Shown here in pieces: positions 1-14,110 of a stretch of 64,000 bases of DNA (within the stretch, counting starts at the first letter, position 1; every line of letters begins with the position of its first letter). This stretch comes from Escherichia coli (lineage in GTDB: Bacteria; Pseudomonadota; Gammaproteobacteria; Enterobacterales; Enterobacteriaceae). The translations under genes and the position numbers were made by a program. The stretch is taken from assembly GCF_003334405.1 (NCBI RefSeq), contig NZ_QOWM01000006.1. The stretch is one strand, 5' to 3'. A model generated the notes under the pieces. It did no database searches. It was given only the letters and a program-made list of their open reading frames with translations, and was not told where the DNA came from.

Positions 1-64
1 AGGGGAACTCCTGTGCAAAAGACAGCAATTTTATTTTCCCTATATTAAGTCAATAATTCCTAAC

Positions 65-291
65 GATGAAGCAAGGGGGTGCCCCATGCGTCAGTTTTAT
101 CAGCACTATTTTACCGCGACAGCGAAGTTGTGCTGGTTGCGTTGGTTAAGCGTCCCACAACGATTAACCATGCTTGAAGGACTGATGCAGTGGGATGACC
201 GCAATTCTGAAAGTTGACTTGCCTGCATCATGTGTGACTGAGTATTGGTGTAAAATCACCCGCCAGCAGATTATACCTGCTGGTTTTTTTT
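65..291 (+). ncRNA. sgrS: SgrS small regulatory RNA (sugar-phosphate stress), dual-function, carries the sgrT ORF
   Basis: Sequence beginning GATGAAGCAAGGGGGTGCCCC and ending in a hairpin (ccagcagattatacctgctgg, 263-283) plus T-run 284-291 matches the SgrS sequence as I recall it; conserved 3' pairing region agtattggtgtaaaatcacc present; sits immediately upstream of setA as in E. coli. Confidence 0.88.
86..217 (+). CDS. sgrT: SgrT, 43-aa small protein encoded within SgrS
   Basis: ATG at 86, translation MRQFYQHYFTATAKLCWLRWLSVPQRLTMLEGLMQWDDRNSES, stop TGA 215-217; not in the supplied ORF track because it is below the length cutoff. Confidence 0.8.
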   Translation: MRQFYQHYFTATAKLCWLRWLSVPQRLTMLEGLMQWDDRNSES

Positions 292-318
292 ATTCTCGCC
301 GCGCTAAAAAGGGAACGT

Positions 319-1497
319 ATGATCTGGATAATGACGATGGCTCGCCGTATGAACGGTGTTTACGCGGCATTTATGCTGGTCGCTTTTATGATGGGGGTGG
401 CCGGGGCGCTACAGGCTCCTACATTGAGCTTATTTCTGAGTCGTGAGGTTGGCGCGCAACCTTTCTGGATCGGCCTCTTTTATACGGTGAATGCTATTGC
501 TGGGATCGGCGTAAGCCTCTGGTTGGCAAAACGTTCTGACAGTCAGGGCGATCGGCGAAAACTGATTATATTTTGCTGTTTGATGGCTATCGGCAATGCG
601 CTATTGTTTGCATTTAATCGTCATTATCTGACGCTTATCACCTGTGGTGTGCTTCTGGCATCTCTGGCCAATACGGCAATGCCACAGTTATTTGCTCTGG
701 CGCGGGAATATGCGGATAACTCGGCGCGAGAAGTGGTGATGTTTAGCTCGGTGATGCGTGCGCAGCTTTCTCTGGCATGGGTTATCGGTCCACCGTTGGC
801 CTTTATGCTGGCGTTGAATTACGGCTTTACGGTGATGTTTTCGATTGCCGCCGGGATATTCACACTCAGTCTGGTATTGATTGCATTTATGCTTCCGTCT
901 GTGGCGCGGGTAGAACTGCCGTCGGAAAATGCTTTATCAATGCAAGGTGGCTGGCAGGATAGTAACGTACGGATGTTATTTGTCGCCTCGACGTTAATGT
1001 GGACCTGCAACACCATGTACATTATTGATATGCCGTTGTGGATCAGTAGCGAGTTAGGATTGCCAGACAAACTGGCGGGTTTCCTGATGGGGACGGCAGC
1101 TGGACTGGAAATACCAGCAATGATTCTGGCTGGCTACTATGTCAAACGTTATGGTAAGCGGCGAATGATGGTCATAGCAGTGGCGGCAGGAGTACTGTTT
1201 TACACCGGATTGATTTTCTTTAATAGCCGTATGGCGTTGATGACGCTGCAACTTTTTAACGCTGTATTTATCGGCATTGTTGCGGGTATTGGGATGCTAT
1301 GGTTTCAGGATTTAATGCCTGGAAGAGCGGGGGCAGCTACCACCTTATTTACTAACAGTATTTCTACCGGGGTAATTCTGGCTGGCGTTATTCAGGGAGC
1401 AATTGCACAAAGTTGGGGGCACTTTGCTGTCTACTGGGTAATTGCGGTTATTTCTGTTGTCGCATTATTTTTAACCGCAAAGGTTAAAGACGTTTGA
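319..1497 (+). CDS. setA: Sugar efflux transporter A (MFS family), 392 aa
   Basis: 392-aa hydrophobic multi-TM ORF directly downstream of sgrS; sequence and context consistent with SetA. Confidence 0.93.
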   Translation: MIWIMTMARRMNGVYAAFMLVAFMMGVAGALQAPTLSLFLSREVGAQPFWIGLFYTVNAIAGIGVSLWLAKRSDSQGDRRKLIIFCCLMAIGNALLFAFNRHYLTLITCGVLLASLANTAMPQLFALAREYADNSAREVVMFSSVMRAQLSLAWVIGPPLAFMLALNYGFTVMFSIAAGIFTLSLVLIAFMLPSVARVELPSENALSMQGGWQDSNVRMLFVASTLMWTCNTMYIIDMPLWISSELGLPDKLAGFLMGTAAGLEIPAMILAGYYVKRYGKRRMMVIAVAAGVLFYTGLIFFNSRMALMTLQLFNAVFIGIVAGIGMLWFQDLMPGRAGAATTLFTNSISTGVILAGVIQGAIAQSWGHFAVYWVIAVISVVALFLTAKVKDV

Positions 1498-1519
1498 TGA
1501 CGTGGACGATAGCGGAAAG

Positions 1520-1537
1520 CCCGGTCATTTGACCGGG
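1520..1537. terminator. Hairpin between convergent setA and leuD, candidate bidirectional terminator
   Basis: Inverted repeat cccggtcatttgaccggg in the 48-bp gap between the setA stop (1497) and leuD stop (1546); no strong U-run, so intrinsic-terminator status is uncertain. Confidence 0.4.
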
Positions 1538-1545
1538 CAAGGGGA

Positions 1546-3562
<2,017 letters not shown>

Positions 3563-3564
3563 GA

Positions 3565-6227
<2,663 letters not shown>

Positions 6228-6270
6228 GGTTTGGGTCCTTGTCTCTTTTAGAGCGCCTCGCTTCGGGCAT

Positions 6271-6301
6271 AAAAAAACCCGCGCAATGGCGCGGGTTTTT
6301 T
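6271..6301 (-). terminator. leu operon attenuator (rho-independent terminator between leuL and leuA)
   Basis: On the minus-strand transcript: GC-rich hairpin cccgcgccattgcgcggg followed by a U-run; lies between the leader peptide stop (6320) and the leuA start (6227). Confidence 0.85.
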
Positions 6302-6319
6302 GTTTGACTGCGTGCTGGC

Positions 6320-6406
6320 TTAATGCTGGATGCCGCTCACTCGTCTACCGCGCAAAGAAGATGCGTTTAGTAGTAGTAGACCGATAAAGCGAACGATGTG
6401 AGTCAT
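6320..6406 (-). CDS. leuL: leu operon leader peptide, 28 aa
   Basis: [28 protein letters not shown]; four consecutive Leu codons (CUA CUA CUA CUC); embedded in the longer 63-aa track ORF 6320..6511. Confidence 0.9.
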
Positions 6407-6649
6407 TAAATCAGCTCCAGATGAATGCGATATGCTTTTAGAGTTACTGGATACAAAAACGGATGTCAACCCTGACGCAATAAAAACGTCCCGCCAGCGT
6501 GAGTTCTGCATCCGTAAAATTAGCTAATTGTGCTGCGGTGGTTAAAGTAAGCGATATTAATTTCTGCTTAACTACCGACGCTTTTCATCGGTTGACATAT
6601 TTCAGCATAAATTTTTGCATCTAATCAACGAGGAAAAAGGGGACAAAAT

Positions 6650-6890
6650 GCACGCGTTGCAAAACCTATCCTGATGATTTGTATTGAATTATATGTTTTG
6701 CGATTTTTTTTGATATTGATTTGGTGAATATTATTGATCAATTAATGTTAAGAATTAATGCATTAAATATATAAATTAATTATTAAATAAGCACATTTAA
6801 TCCATTTTGTAGATGATTGAGTATTCGCGGTAGTTATGATTAGATTGTTTTCGCAACAAAAACATTATGGATTATTATGCTGTGGTAAAT
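6650..6890. promoter_or_regulatory. Highly AT-rich divergent regulatory region between the leu operon and leuO
   Basis: Roughly 240 bp of A/T-rich sequence (ttgatattgatttggtgaatattattgatcaattaatgttaagaattaatg...). In E. coli this interval is a known H-NS-bound region, which I cite from established knowledge rather than from anything visible here. Confidence 0.5.
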
Positions 6891-7065
6891 GACTCATTCC
6901 ACGGCAATGGATTCTGTTTTTATCAGAACCCGTATCTTTATGTTTTCCGAATTTTACTCATTTTGCTTTTTCTTATTTTATATGCATGATAAATCATATT
7001 CTTCAGGATTATTTCTCTGCATTCCAATAAGGGAAAGGGAGTTAAGTGTGACAGTGGAGTTAAGT

Positions 7066-8010
7066 ATGCCAGAGGTACAAACAGATCATCCAGAGACGGC
7101 GGAGTTAAGCAAACCACAGCTACGCATGGTCGATCTCAACTTATTAACCGTTTTCGATGCCGTGATGCAGGAGCAAAACATTACTCGTGCCGCTCATGTT
7201 CTGGGAATGTCGCAACCTGCGGTCAGTAACGCTGTTGCACGCCTGAAGGTGATGTTTAATGACGAGCTTTTTGTTCGTTATGGCCGTGGTATTCAACCGA
7301 CTGCTCGCGCATTTCAACTTTTTGGTTCAGTTCGTCAGGCATTGCAACTAGTACAAAATGAATTGCCTGGTTCAGGTTTTGAACCCGCGAGCAGTGAACG
7401 TGTATTTCATCTTTGTGTTTGCAGCCCGTTAGACAGCATTCTGACCTCGCAGATTTATAATCACATTGAGCAGATTGCGCCAAATATACATGTTATGTTC
7501 AAGTCTTCATTAAATCAGAACACTGAACATCAGCTGCGTTATCAGGAAACGGAGTTTGTGATTAGTTATGAAGACTTCCATCGTCCTGAATTTACCAGCG
7601 TACCATTATTTAAAGATGAAATGGTGCTGGTAGCCAGCAAAAATCATCCAACAATTAAGGGCCCGTTACTGAAACATGATGTTTATAACGAACAACATGC
7701 GGCGGTTTCGCTCGATCGTTTCGCGTCATTTAGTCAACCTTGGTATGACACGGTAGATAAGCAAGCCAGTATCGCGTATCAGGGCATGGCAATGATGAGC
7801 GTACTTAGCGTGGTGTCGCAAACGCATTTGGTCGCTATTGCGCCGCGTTGGCTGGCTGAAGAGTTCGCTGAATCCTTAGAATTACAGGTATTACCGCTGC
7901 CGTTAAAACAAAACAGCAGAACCTGTTATCTCTCCTGGCATGAAGCTGCCGGGCGCGATAAAGGCCATCAGTGGATGGAAGAGCAATTAGTCTCAATTTG
8001 CAAACGCTAA
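7066..8010 (+). CDS. leuO: LysR-family transcriptional regulator LeuO, 314 aa
   Basis: [36 protein letters not shown]... with N-terminal HTH ([23 protein letters not shown]); the track frame extends 59 codons upstream through AT-rich sequence with no RBS, so it was trimmed. Confidence 0.93.
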   Translation: MPEVQTDHPETAELSKPQLRMVDLNLLTVFDAVMQEQNITRAAHVLGMSQPAVSNAVARLKVMFNDELFVRYGRGIQPTARAFQLFGSVRQALQLVQNELPGSGFEPASSERVFHLCVCSPLDSILTSQIYNHIEQIAPNIHVMFKSSLNQNTEHQLRYQETEFVISYEDFHRPEFTSVPLFKDEMVLVASKNHPTIKGPLLKHDVYNEQHAAVSLDRFASFSQPWYDTVDKQASIAYQGMAMMSVLSVVSQTHLVAIAPRWLAEEFAESLELQVLPLPLKQNSRTCYLSWHEAAGRDKGHQWMEEQLVSICKR

Positions 8011-8016
8011 CTGATT

Positions 8017-8061
8017 GCAGAATAGGTCAGACATGAATGTCTGGTTTATTCTGCATTTTTT
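8017..8061 (+). terminator. Candidate rho-independent terminator downstream of leuO
   Basis: Long inverted repeat gcagaataggtcagacatgaatgtctggtttattctgc followed by atttttt, starting 7 nt after the leuO stop. Confidence 0.7.
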
Positions 8062-8327
8062 ATTGAATGTAGAATTTTATTCTGAATGTGTGGGCTCTCT
8101 ATTTTAGGATTAATTAAAAAAATAGAGAAATTGCTGTAAGTTGTGGGATTCAGCCGATTTATTATCAATTTAATCCTCTGTAATGGAGGATTTTATCGTT
8201 TCTTTTCACCTTTCCTCCTGTTTATTCTTATTACCCCGTGTTTATGTCTCTGGCTGCCAATTGCTTAAGCAAGATCGGACGGTTAATGTGTTTTACACAT
8301 TTTTTCCGTCAAACAGTGAGGCAGGCC

Positions 8328-10052
8328 ATGGAGATGTTGTCTGGAGCCGAGATGGTCGTCCGATCGCTTATCGATCAGGGCGTTAAACAAGTATTCGGTT
8401 ATCCCGGAGGCGCAGTCCTTGATATTTATGATGCATTGCATACCGTGGGTGGTATTGATCATGTATTAGTTCGTCATGAGCAGGCGGCGGTGCATATGGC
8501 CGATGGCCTGGCGCGCGCGACCGGGGAAGTCGGCGTCGTGCTGGTAACGTCGGGTCCAGGGGCGACCAATGCGATTACTGGCATCGCCACCGCTTATATG
8601 GATTCCATTCCATTAGTTGTCCTTTCCGGGCAGGTAGCGACCTCGTTGATAGGTTACGATGCCTTTCAGGAGTGCGACATGGTGGGGATTTCGCGACCGG
8701 TGGTTAAACACAGTTTTCTGGTTAAGCAAACGGAAGACATTCCGCAGGTGCTGAAAAAGGCTTTCTGGCTGGCGGCAAGTGGTCGCCCAGGACCAGTAGT
8801 CGTTGATTTACCGAAAGATATTCTTAATCCGGCGAACAAATTACCCTATGTCTGGCCGGAGTCGGTCAGTATGCGTTCTTACAATCCCACTACTACCGGA
8901 CATAAAGGGCAAATTAAGCGTGCTCTGCAAACGCTGGTAGCGGCAAAAAAACCGGTTGTCTACGTAGGCGGTGGGGCAATCACGGCGGGCTGCCATCAGC
9001 AGTTGAAAGAAACGGTGGAGGCGTTGAATCTGCCCGTTGTTTGCTCATTGATGGGGCTGGGGGCGTTTCCGGCAACGCATCGTCAGGCACTGGGCATGCT
9101 GGGAATGCACGGTACCTACGAAGCCAATATGACGATGCATAACGCGGATGTGATTTTCGCCGTCGGGGTACGATTTGATGACCGAACGACGAACAATCTG
9201 GCAAAGTACTGCCCAAATGCCACTGTTCTGCATATCGATATTGATCCTACTTCCATTTCTAAAACCGTGACTGCGGATATCCCGATTGTGGGGGATGCTC
9301 GCCAGGTCCTCGAACAAATGCTTGAACTCTTGTCGCAAGAATCCGCCCATCAACCACTGGATGAGATCCGCGACTGGTGGCAGCAAATTGAACAGTGGCG
9401 CGCTCGTCAGTGCCTGAAATATGACACTCACAGTGAAAAGATTAAACCGCAGGCGGTGATCGAGACTCTTTGGCGGTTGACGAAGGGAGACGCTTACGTG
9501 ACGTCCGATGTCGGGCAGCACCAGATGTTTGCTGCACTTTATTATCCATTCGACAAACCGCGTCGCTGGATCAATTCCGGTGGCCTCGGCACGATGGGTT
9601 TTGGTTTACCTGCGGCACTGGGCGTCAAAATGGCGTTGCCAGAAGAAACCGTGGTTTGCGTCACTGGCGACGGCAGTATTCAGATGAACATCCAGGAACT
9701 GTCTACCGCGTTGCAATACGAGTTGCCCGTACTGGTGGTGAATCTCAATAACCGCTATCTGGGGATGGTGAAGCAGTGGCAGGACATGATCTATTCCGGC
9801 CGTCATTCACAATCTTATATGCAATCGCTACCCGATTTCGTCCGTCTGGCGGAAGCCTATGGGCATGTCGGGATCCAGATTTCTCATCCGCATGAGCTGG
9901 AAAGCAAACTTAGCGAGGCGCTGGAACAGGTGCGCAATAATCGCCTGGTGTTTGTTGATGTTACCGTCGATGGCAGCGAGCACGTCTACCCGATGCAGAT
10001 TCGCGGGGGCGGAATGGATGAAATGTGGTTAAGCAAAACGGAGAGAACCTGA
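8328..10052 (+). CDS. ilvI: Acetolactate synthase III (AHAS III) large subunit, 574 aa
   Basis: [31 protein letters not shown]... with thiamine-diphosphate motif (GDGS...N); RBS gtgaggcagg upstream of the ATG at 8328; track frame is 30 codons longer. Confidence 0.96.
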   Translation: MEMLSGAEMVVRSLIDQGVKQVFGYPGGAVLDIYDALHTVGGIDHVLVRHEQAAVHMADGLARATGEVGVVLVTSGPGATNAITGIATAYMDSIPLVVLSGQVATSLIGYDAFQECDMVGISRPVVKHSFLVKQTEDIPQVLKKAFWLAASGRPGPVVVDLPKDILNPANKLPYVWPESVSMRSYNPTTTGHKGQIKRALQTLVAAKKPVVYVGGGAITAGCHQQLKETVEALNLPVVCSLMGLGAFPATHRQALGMLGMHGTYEANMTMHNADVIFAVGVRFDDRTTNNLAKYCPNATVLHIDIDPTSISKTVTADIPIVGDARQVLEQMLELLSQESAHQPLDEIRDWWQQIEQWRARQCLKYDTHSEKIKPQAVIETLWRLTKGDAYVTSDVGQHQMFAALYYPFDKPRRWINSGGLGTMGFGLPAALGVKMALPEETVVCVTGDGSIQMNIQELSTALQYELPVLVVNLNNRYLGMVKQWQDMIYSGRHSQSYMQSLPDFVRLAEAYGHVGIQISHPHELESKLSEALEQVRNNRLVFVDVTVDGSEHVYPMQIRGGGMDEMWLSKTERT

Positions 10053-10054
10053 TT

Positions 10055-10546
10055 ATGCGCCGGATATTATCAGTCTTACTCGAAAATGAATCAGGCGCGT
10101 TATCCCGCGTGATTGGCCTTTTTTCCCAGCGTGGCTACAACATTGAAAGCCTGACCGTTGCGCCAACCGACGATCCGACATTATCGCGTATGACCATCCA
10201 GACCGTGGGCGATGAAAAAGTACTTGAGCAGATCGAAAAGCAATTACACAAACTGGTCGATGTCTTGCGCGTGAGTGAGTTGGGGCAGGGCGCGCATGTT
10301 GAGCGGGAAATCATGCTGGTGAAAATTCAGGCCAGCGGTTACGGGCGTGACGAAGTGAAACGTAATACGGAAATATTCCGTGGGCAAATTATCGATGTCA
10401 CACCCTCGCTTTATACCGTTCAATTAGCAGGCACCAGCGGTAAGCTTGATGCATTTTTAGCATCGATTCGCGATGTGGCGAAAATTGTGGAGGTTGCTCG
10501 CTCTGGTGTGGTCGGACTTTCGCGCGGCGATAAAATAATGCGTTGA
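10055..10546 (+). CDS. ilvH: Acetolactate synthase III small regulatory subunit, 163 aa
   Basis: [36 protein letters not shown]... (ACT-domain type), begins 2 nt after the ilvI stop. Confidence 0.96.
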
Positions 10547-10570
10547 GAATGATCTCAATGCGCAATTTAC

Positions 10571-10600
10571 AGCCCAACATGTCACGTTGGGCTTTTTTTG
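10571..10600 (+). terminator. Rho-independent terminator after ilvH
   Basis: Hairpin cagcccaacatgtcacgttgggct followed by ttttttt. Confidence 0.8.
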
Positions 10601-10725
10601 CGAAATCAGTGGGAACCTGGAATAAAAGCAGTTGCCGCAGTTAATTTTCTGCGCTTAGATGTTAATGAATTTAACCCATACCAGTACAATGGCTATGGTT
10701 TTTACATTTTACGCAAGGGGCAATT

Positions 10726-11730
10726 GTGAAACTGGATGAAATCGCTCGGCTGGCGGGAGTGTCGCGGACCACTGCAAGCTATGTTATTAACGGCAAAGCG
10801 AAGCAATACCGTGTGAGCGACAAAACCGTTGAAAAAGTCATGGCTGTGGTGCGTGAGCACAATTACCACCCGAACGCCGTGGCAGCTGGGCTTCGTGCTG
10901 GACGCACACGTTCTATTGGTCTTGTGATCCCCGATCTGGAGAACACCAGCTATACCCGCATCGCTAACTATCTTGAACGCCAGGCGCGGCAACGGGGTTA
11001 TCAACTGCTGATTGCCTGCTCAGAAGATCAGCCAGACAACGAAATGCGGTGCATTGAGCACCTTTTACAGCGTCAGGTTGATGCCATTATTGTTTCGACG
11101 TCGTTGCCTCCTGAGCATCCTTTTTATCAACGCTGGGCTAACGACCCGTTCCCGATTGTCGCGCTGGACCGCGCCCTCGATCGTGAACACTTCACCAGCG
11201 TGGTTGGTGCCGATCAGGATGATGCCGAAATGCTGGCGGAAGAGTTACGTAAGTTTCCCGCCGAGACGGTGCTTTATCTTGGTGCGCTACCGGAGCTTTC
11301 TGTCAGCTTCCTGCGTGAACAAGGTTTCCGTACTGCCTGGAAAGATGATCCGCGCGAAGTGCATTTCCTGTATGCCAACAGCTATGAGCGGGAGGCGGCT
11401 GCCCAGTTATTCGAAAAATGGCTGGAAACGCATCCGATGCCGCAGGCGCTGTTCACAACGTCGTTTGCGTTGTTGCAAGGAGTGATGGATGTCACGCTGC
11501 GTCGCGACGGCAAACTGCCTTCTGACCTGGCAATTGCCACCTTTGGCGATAACGAACTGCTCGACTTCTTACAGTGTCCGGTGCTGGCAGTGGCTCAACG
11601 TCACCGCGATGTCGCAGAGCGTGTGCTGGAGATTGTCCTGGCAAGCCTGGACGAACCGCGTAAGCCAAAACCTGGTTTAACGCGCATTAAACGTAATCTC
11701 TATCGCCGCGGCGTGCTCAGCCGTAGCTAA
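10726..11730 (+). CDS. cra: Catabolite repressor/activator Cra (FruR), LacI family, 334 aa
   Basis: GTG start at 10726; N-terminal [25 protein letters not shown]; 334 aa. Confidence 0.96.
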   Translation: MKLDEIARLAGVSRTTASYVINGKAKQYRVSDKTVEKVMAVVREHNYHPNAVAAGLRAGRTRSIGLVIPDLENTSYTRIANYLERQARQRGYQLLIACSEDQPDNEMRCIEHLLQRQVDAIIVSTSLPPEHPFYQRWANDPFPIVALDRALDREHFTSVVGADQDDAEMLAEELRKFPAETVLYLGALPELSVSFLREQGFRTAWKDDPREVHFLYANSYEREAAAQLFEKWLETHPMPQALFTTSFALLQGVMDVTLRRDGKLPSDLAIATFGDNELLDFLQCPVLAVAQRHRDVAERVLEIVLASLDEPRKPKPGLTRIKRNLYRRGVLSRS

Positions 11731-12250
11731 GCCGCGAACAAAAATACGCGCCAGGTGAATTTCCCTCTGGCGCGTAGAGTACGGGACTGGACATCAATAT
11801 GCTTAAAGTAAATAAGACTATTCCTGACTATTATTGATAAATGCTTTTAAACCCGCCCGTTAATTAACTCACCAGCTGAAATTCACAATAATTAAGTGAT
11901 ATCGACAGCGCGTTTTTGCATTATTTTGTTACATGCGGCGATGAATTGCCGATTTAACAAACACTTTTCTTTGCTTTTGCGCAAACCCGCTGGCATCAAG
12001 CGCCACACAGACGTAACAAGGACTGTTAACCGGGGAAGATATGTCCTAAAATGCCGCTCGCGTCGCAAACTGACACTTTATATTTGCTGTGGAAAATAGT
12101 GAGTCATTTTAAAACGGTGATGACGATGAGGGATTTTTTCTTACAGCTATTCATAACGTTAATTTGCTTCGCACGTTGGACGTAAAATAAACAACGCTGA
12201 TATTAGCCGTAAACATCGGGTTTTTTACCTCGGTATGCCTTGTGACTGGC

Positions 12251-12280
12251 TTGACAAGCTTTTCCTCAGCTCCGTAAACT
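12251..12280 (+). promoter_or_regulatory. Candidate sigma-70 promoter of the dcw cluster (Pmra)
   Basis: -35 TTGACA at 12251-12256 and -10-like TAAACT at 12275-12280 (18-bp spacer), about 50 bp upstream of the mraZ ATG. Confidence 0.6.
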
Positions 12281-12287
12281 CCTTTCA

Positions 12288-12313
12288 GTGGGAAATTGTG
12301 GGGCAAAGTGGGA
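12288..12313 (+). promoter_or_regulatory. Three direct GTGGG repeats, candidate MraZ operator
   Basis: GTGGGaaattGTGGGgcaaaGTGGGa: three GTGGG units with 10-bp periodicity between the promoter and the mraZ start, matching the MraZ autoregulatory repeat architecture as I recall it. Confidence 0.6.
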
Positions 12314-12331
12314 ATAAGGGGTGAGGCTGGC

Positions 12332-12790
12332 ATGTTCCGGGGAGCAACGTTAGTCAATCTCGACAGCAAAGGGCGCTTATCAGTGCCTACCCGTTATCGG
12401 GAACAGCTGCTTGAGAACGCTGCCGGTCAAATGGTTTGCACCATTGACATTTATCACCCGTGCCTGCTGCTTTACCCCCTGCCTGAATGGGAAATTATCG
12501 AGCAAAAATTATCGCGTCTGTCGAGCATGAACCCGGTTGAGCGCCGTGTGCAGCGCCTACTGTTAGGTCATGCCAGCGAATGTCAGATGGATGGCGCAGG
12601 TCGATTGTTAATCGCGCCAGTACTGCGGCAACATGCCGGGCTGACAAAAGAAGTGATGCTGGTTGGACAGTTCAACAAGTTTGAGCTGTGGGATGAAACA
12701 ACCTGGCATCAACAGGTCAAGGAAGATATCGACGCAGAGCAGTTGGCTACCGGAGACTTATCGGAGCGACTGCAGGACTTGTCTCTATAA
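12332..12790 (+). CDS. mraZ: Transcriptional regulator MraZ, 152 aa
   Basis: [38 protein letters not shown]...; first gene of the dcw cluster. Confidence 0.96.
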
Positions 12791-12791
12791 A

Positions 12792-13733
12792 ATGATGGAA
12801 AACTATAAACATACTACGGTGCTGCTGGATGAAGCCGTTAATGGCCTCAATATCCGTCCTGATGGCATCTACATTGATGGGACTTTTGGTCGCGGTGGTC
12901 ACTCACGTCTGATCCTCTCGCAGCTTGGCGAAGAGGGGCGTTTGCTGGCGATCGATCGCGACCCGCAGGCTATCGCCGTTGCGAAGACTATTGATGATCC
13001 GCGCTTCTCCATCATCCACGGACCTTTCTCCGCGCTGGGCGAATACGTTGCCGAGCGCGATCTTATCGGCAAGATCGACGGCATTCTCCTCGATCTTGGC
13101 GTCTCTTCACCGCAACTTGATGATGCTGAACGTGGCTTTTCCTTTATGCGCGATGGTCCGCTGGACATGCGTATGGACCCAACCCGTGGGCAGTCAGCCG
13201 CTGAATGGCTACAAACCGCAGAAGAAGCCGATATCGCCTGGGTATTGAAAACCTATGGTGAAGAGCGTTTTGCCAAACGCATTGCCCGCGCCATTGTCGA
13301 GCGTAACCGCGAACAGCCGATGACCCGCACCAAAGAACTGGCGGAAGTCGTGGCTGCTGCAACGCCGGTGAAAGATAAGTTTAAACATCCCGCGACCCGT
13401 ACCTTCCAGGCGGTGCGCATTTGGGTAAACAGTGAACTGGAGGAGATAGAGCAGGCGCTAAAAAGCTCGCTCAACGTGCTGGCCCCGGGTGGGCGGCTTT
13501 CGATCATCAGCTTCCACTCGCTGGAAGACCGTATTGTGAAACGTTTTATGCGTGAAAACAGCCGCGGTCCGCAAGTTCCGGCAGGGTTACCGATGACTGA
13601 AGAGCAGCTCAAAAAACTGGGTGGCCGTCAGCTGCGAGCACTAGGCAAGTTAATGCCGGGCGAAGAAGAGGTGGCTGAGAACCCTCGTGCCCGTAGTTCA
13701 GTTCTGCGTATTGCAGAGAGGACGAATGCATGA
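12792..13733 (+). CDS. rsmH: 16S rRNA m4C1402 methyltransferase RsmH (MraW), 313 aa
   Basis: [41 protein letters not shown]... with SAM-binding motif; ATG 1 nt after the mraZ stop; the longer track frame overlaps the mraZ coding region. Confidence 0.96.
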
Positions 13734-14095
13734 TCAGCAGAGTGACAGAAGCTCTAAGCAAAGTTAAAGGATCGATGGGAAGCCACGAGCGCCATGCATT
13801 GCCTGGTGTTATCGGTGACGATCTTTTGCGATTTGGGAAGCTGCCACTCTGCCTGTTCATTTGCATTATTTTGACGGCGGTGACTGTGGTAACCACGGCG
13901 CACCATACCCGTTTACTGACCGCTCAGCGCGAACAACTGGTGCTGGAGCGAGATGCTTTAGACATTGAATGGCGCAACCTGATCCTTGAAGAGAATGCGC
14001 TCGGCGACCATAGCCGGGTGGAAAGGATCGCCACGGAAAAGCTGCAAATGCAGCATGTTGATCCGTCACAAGAAAATATCGTAGTGCAAAAATAA
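13730..14095 (+). CDS. ftsL: Cell division protein FtsL, 121 aa
   Basis: 121-aa bitopic protein with a single TM segment ([22 protein letters not shown]) and leucine-zipper-like periplasmic region; overlaps the rsmH stop by 4 nt. Confidence 0.95.
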
Positions 14096-14110
14096 GGATA
14101 AACGCGACGC

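Noticed and set aside
195-446. 83-aa ORF spanning the sgrS 3' end and the setA start
   Set aside because: It is out of frame with sgrT, runs through the sgrS terminator hairpin and into setA, and has no RBS; a read-through artefact of ORF calling.
11746-11776. Palindrome acgcgccaggtgaatttccctctggcgcgt just downstream of cra as a possible terminator
   Set aside because: No U-run follows the stem, so it does not look like an intrinsic terminator. It may be a protein-binding site or a rho-dependent region; it is mentioned inside the cra-mraZ finding rather than called as a feature.
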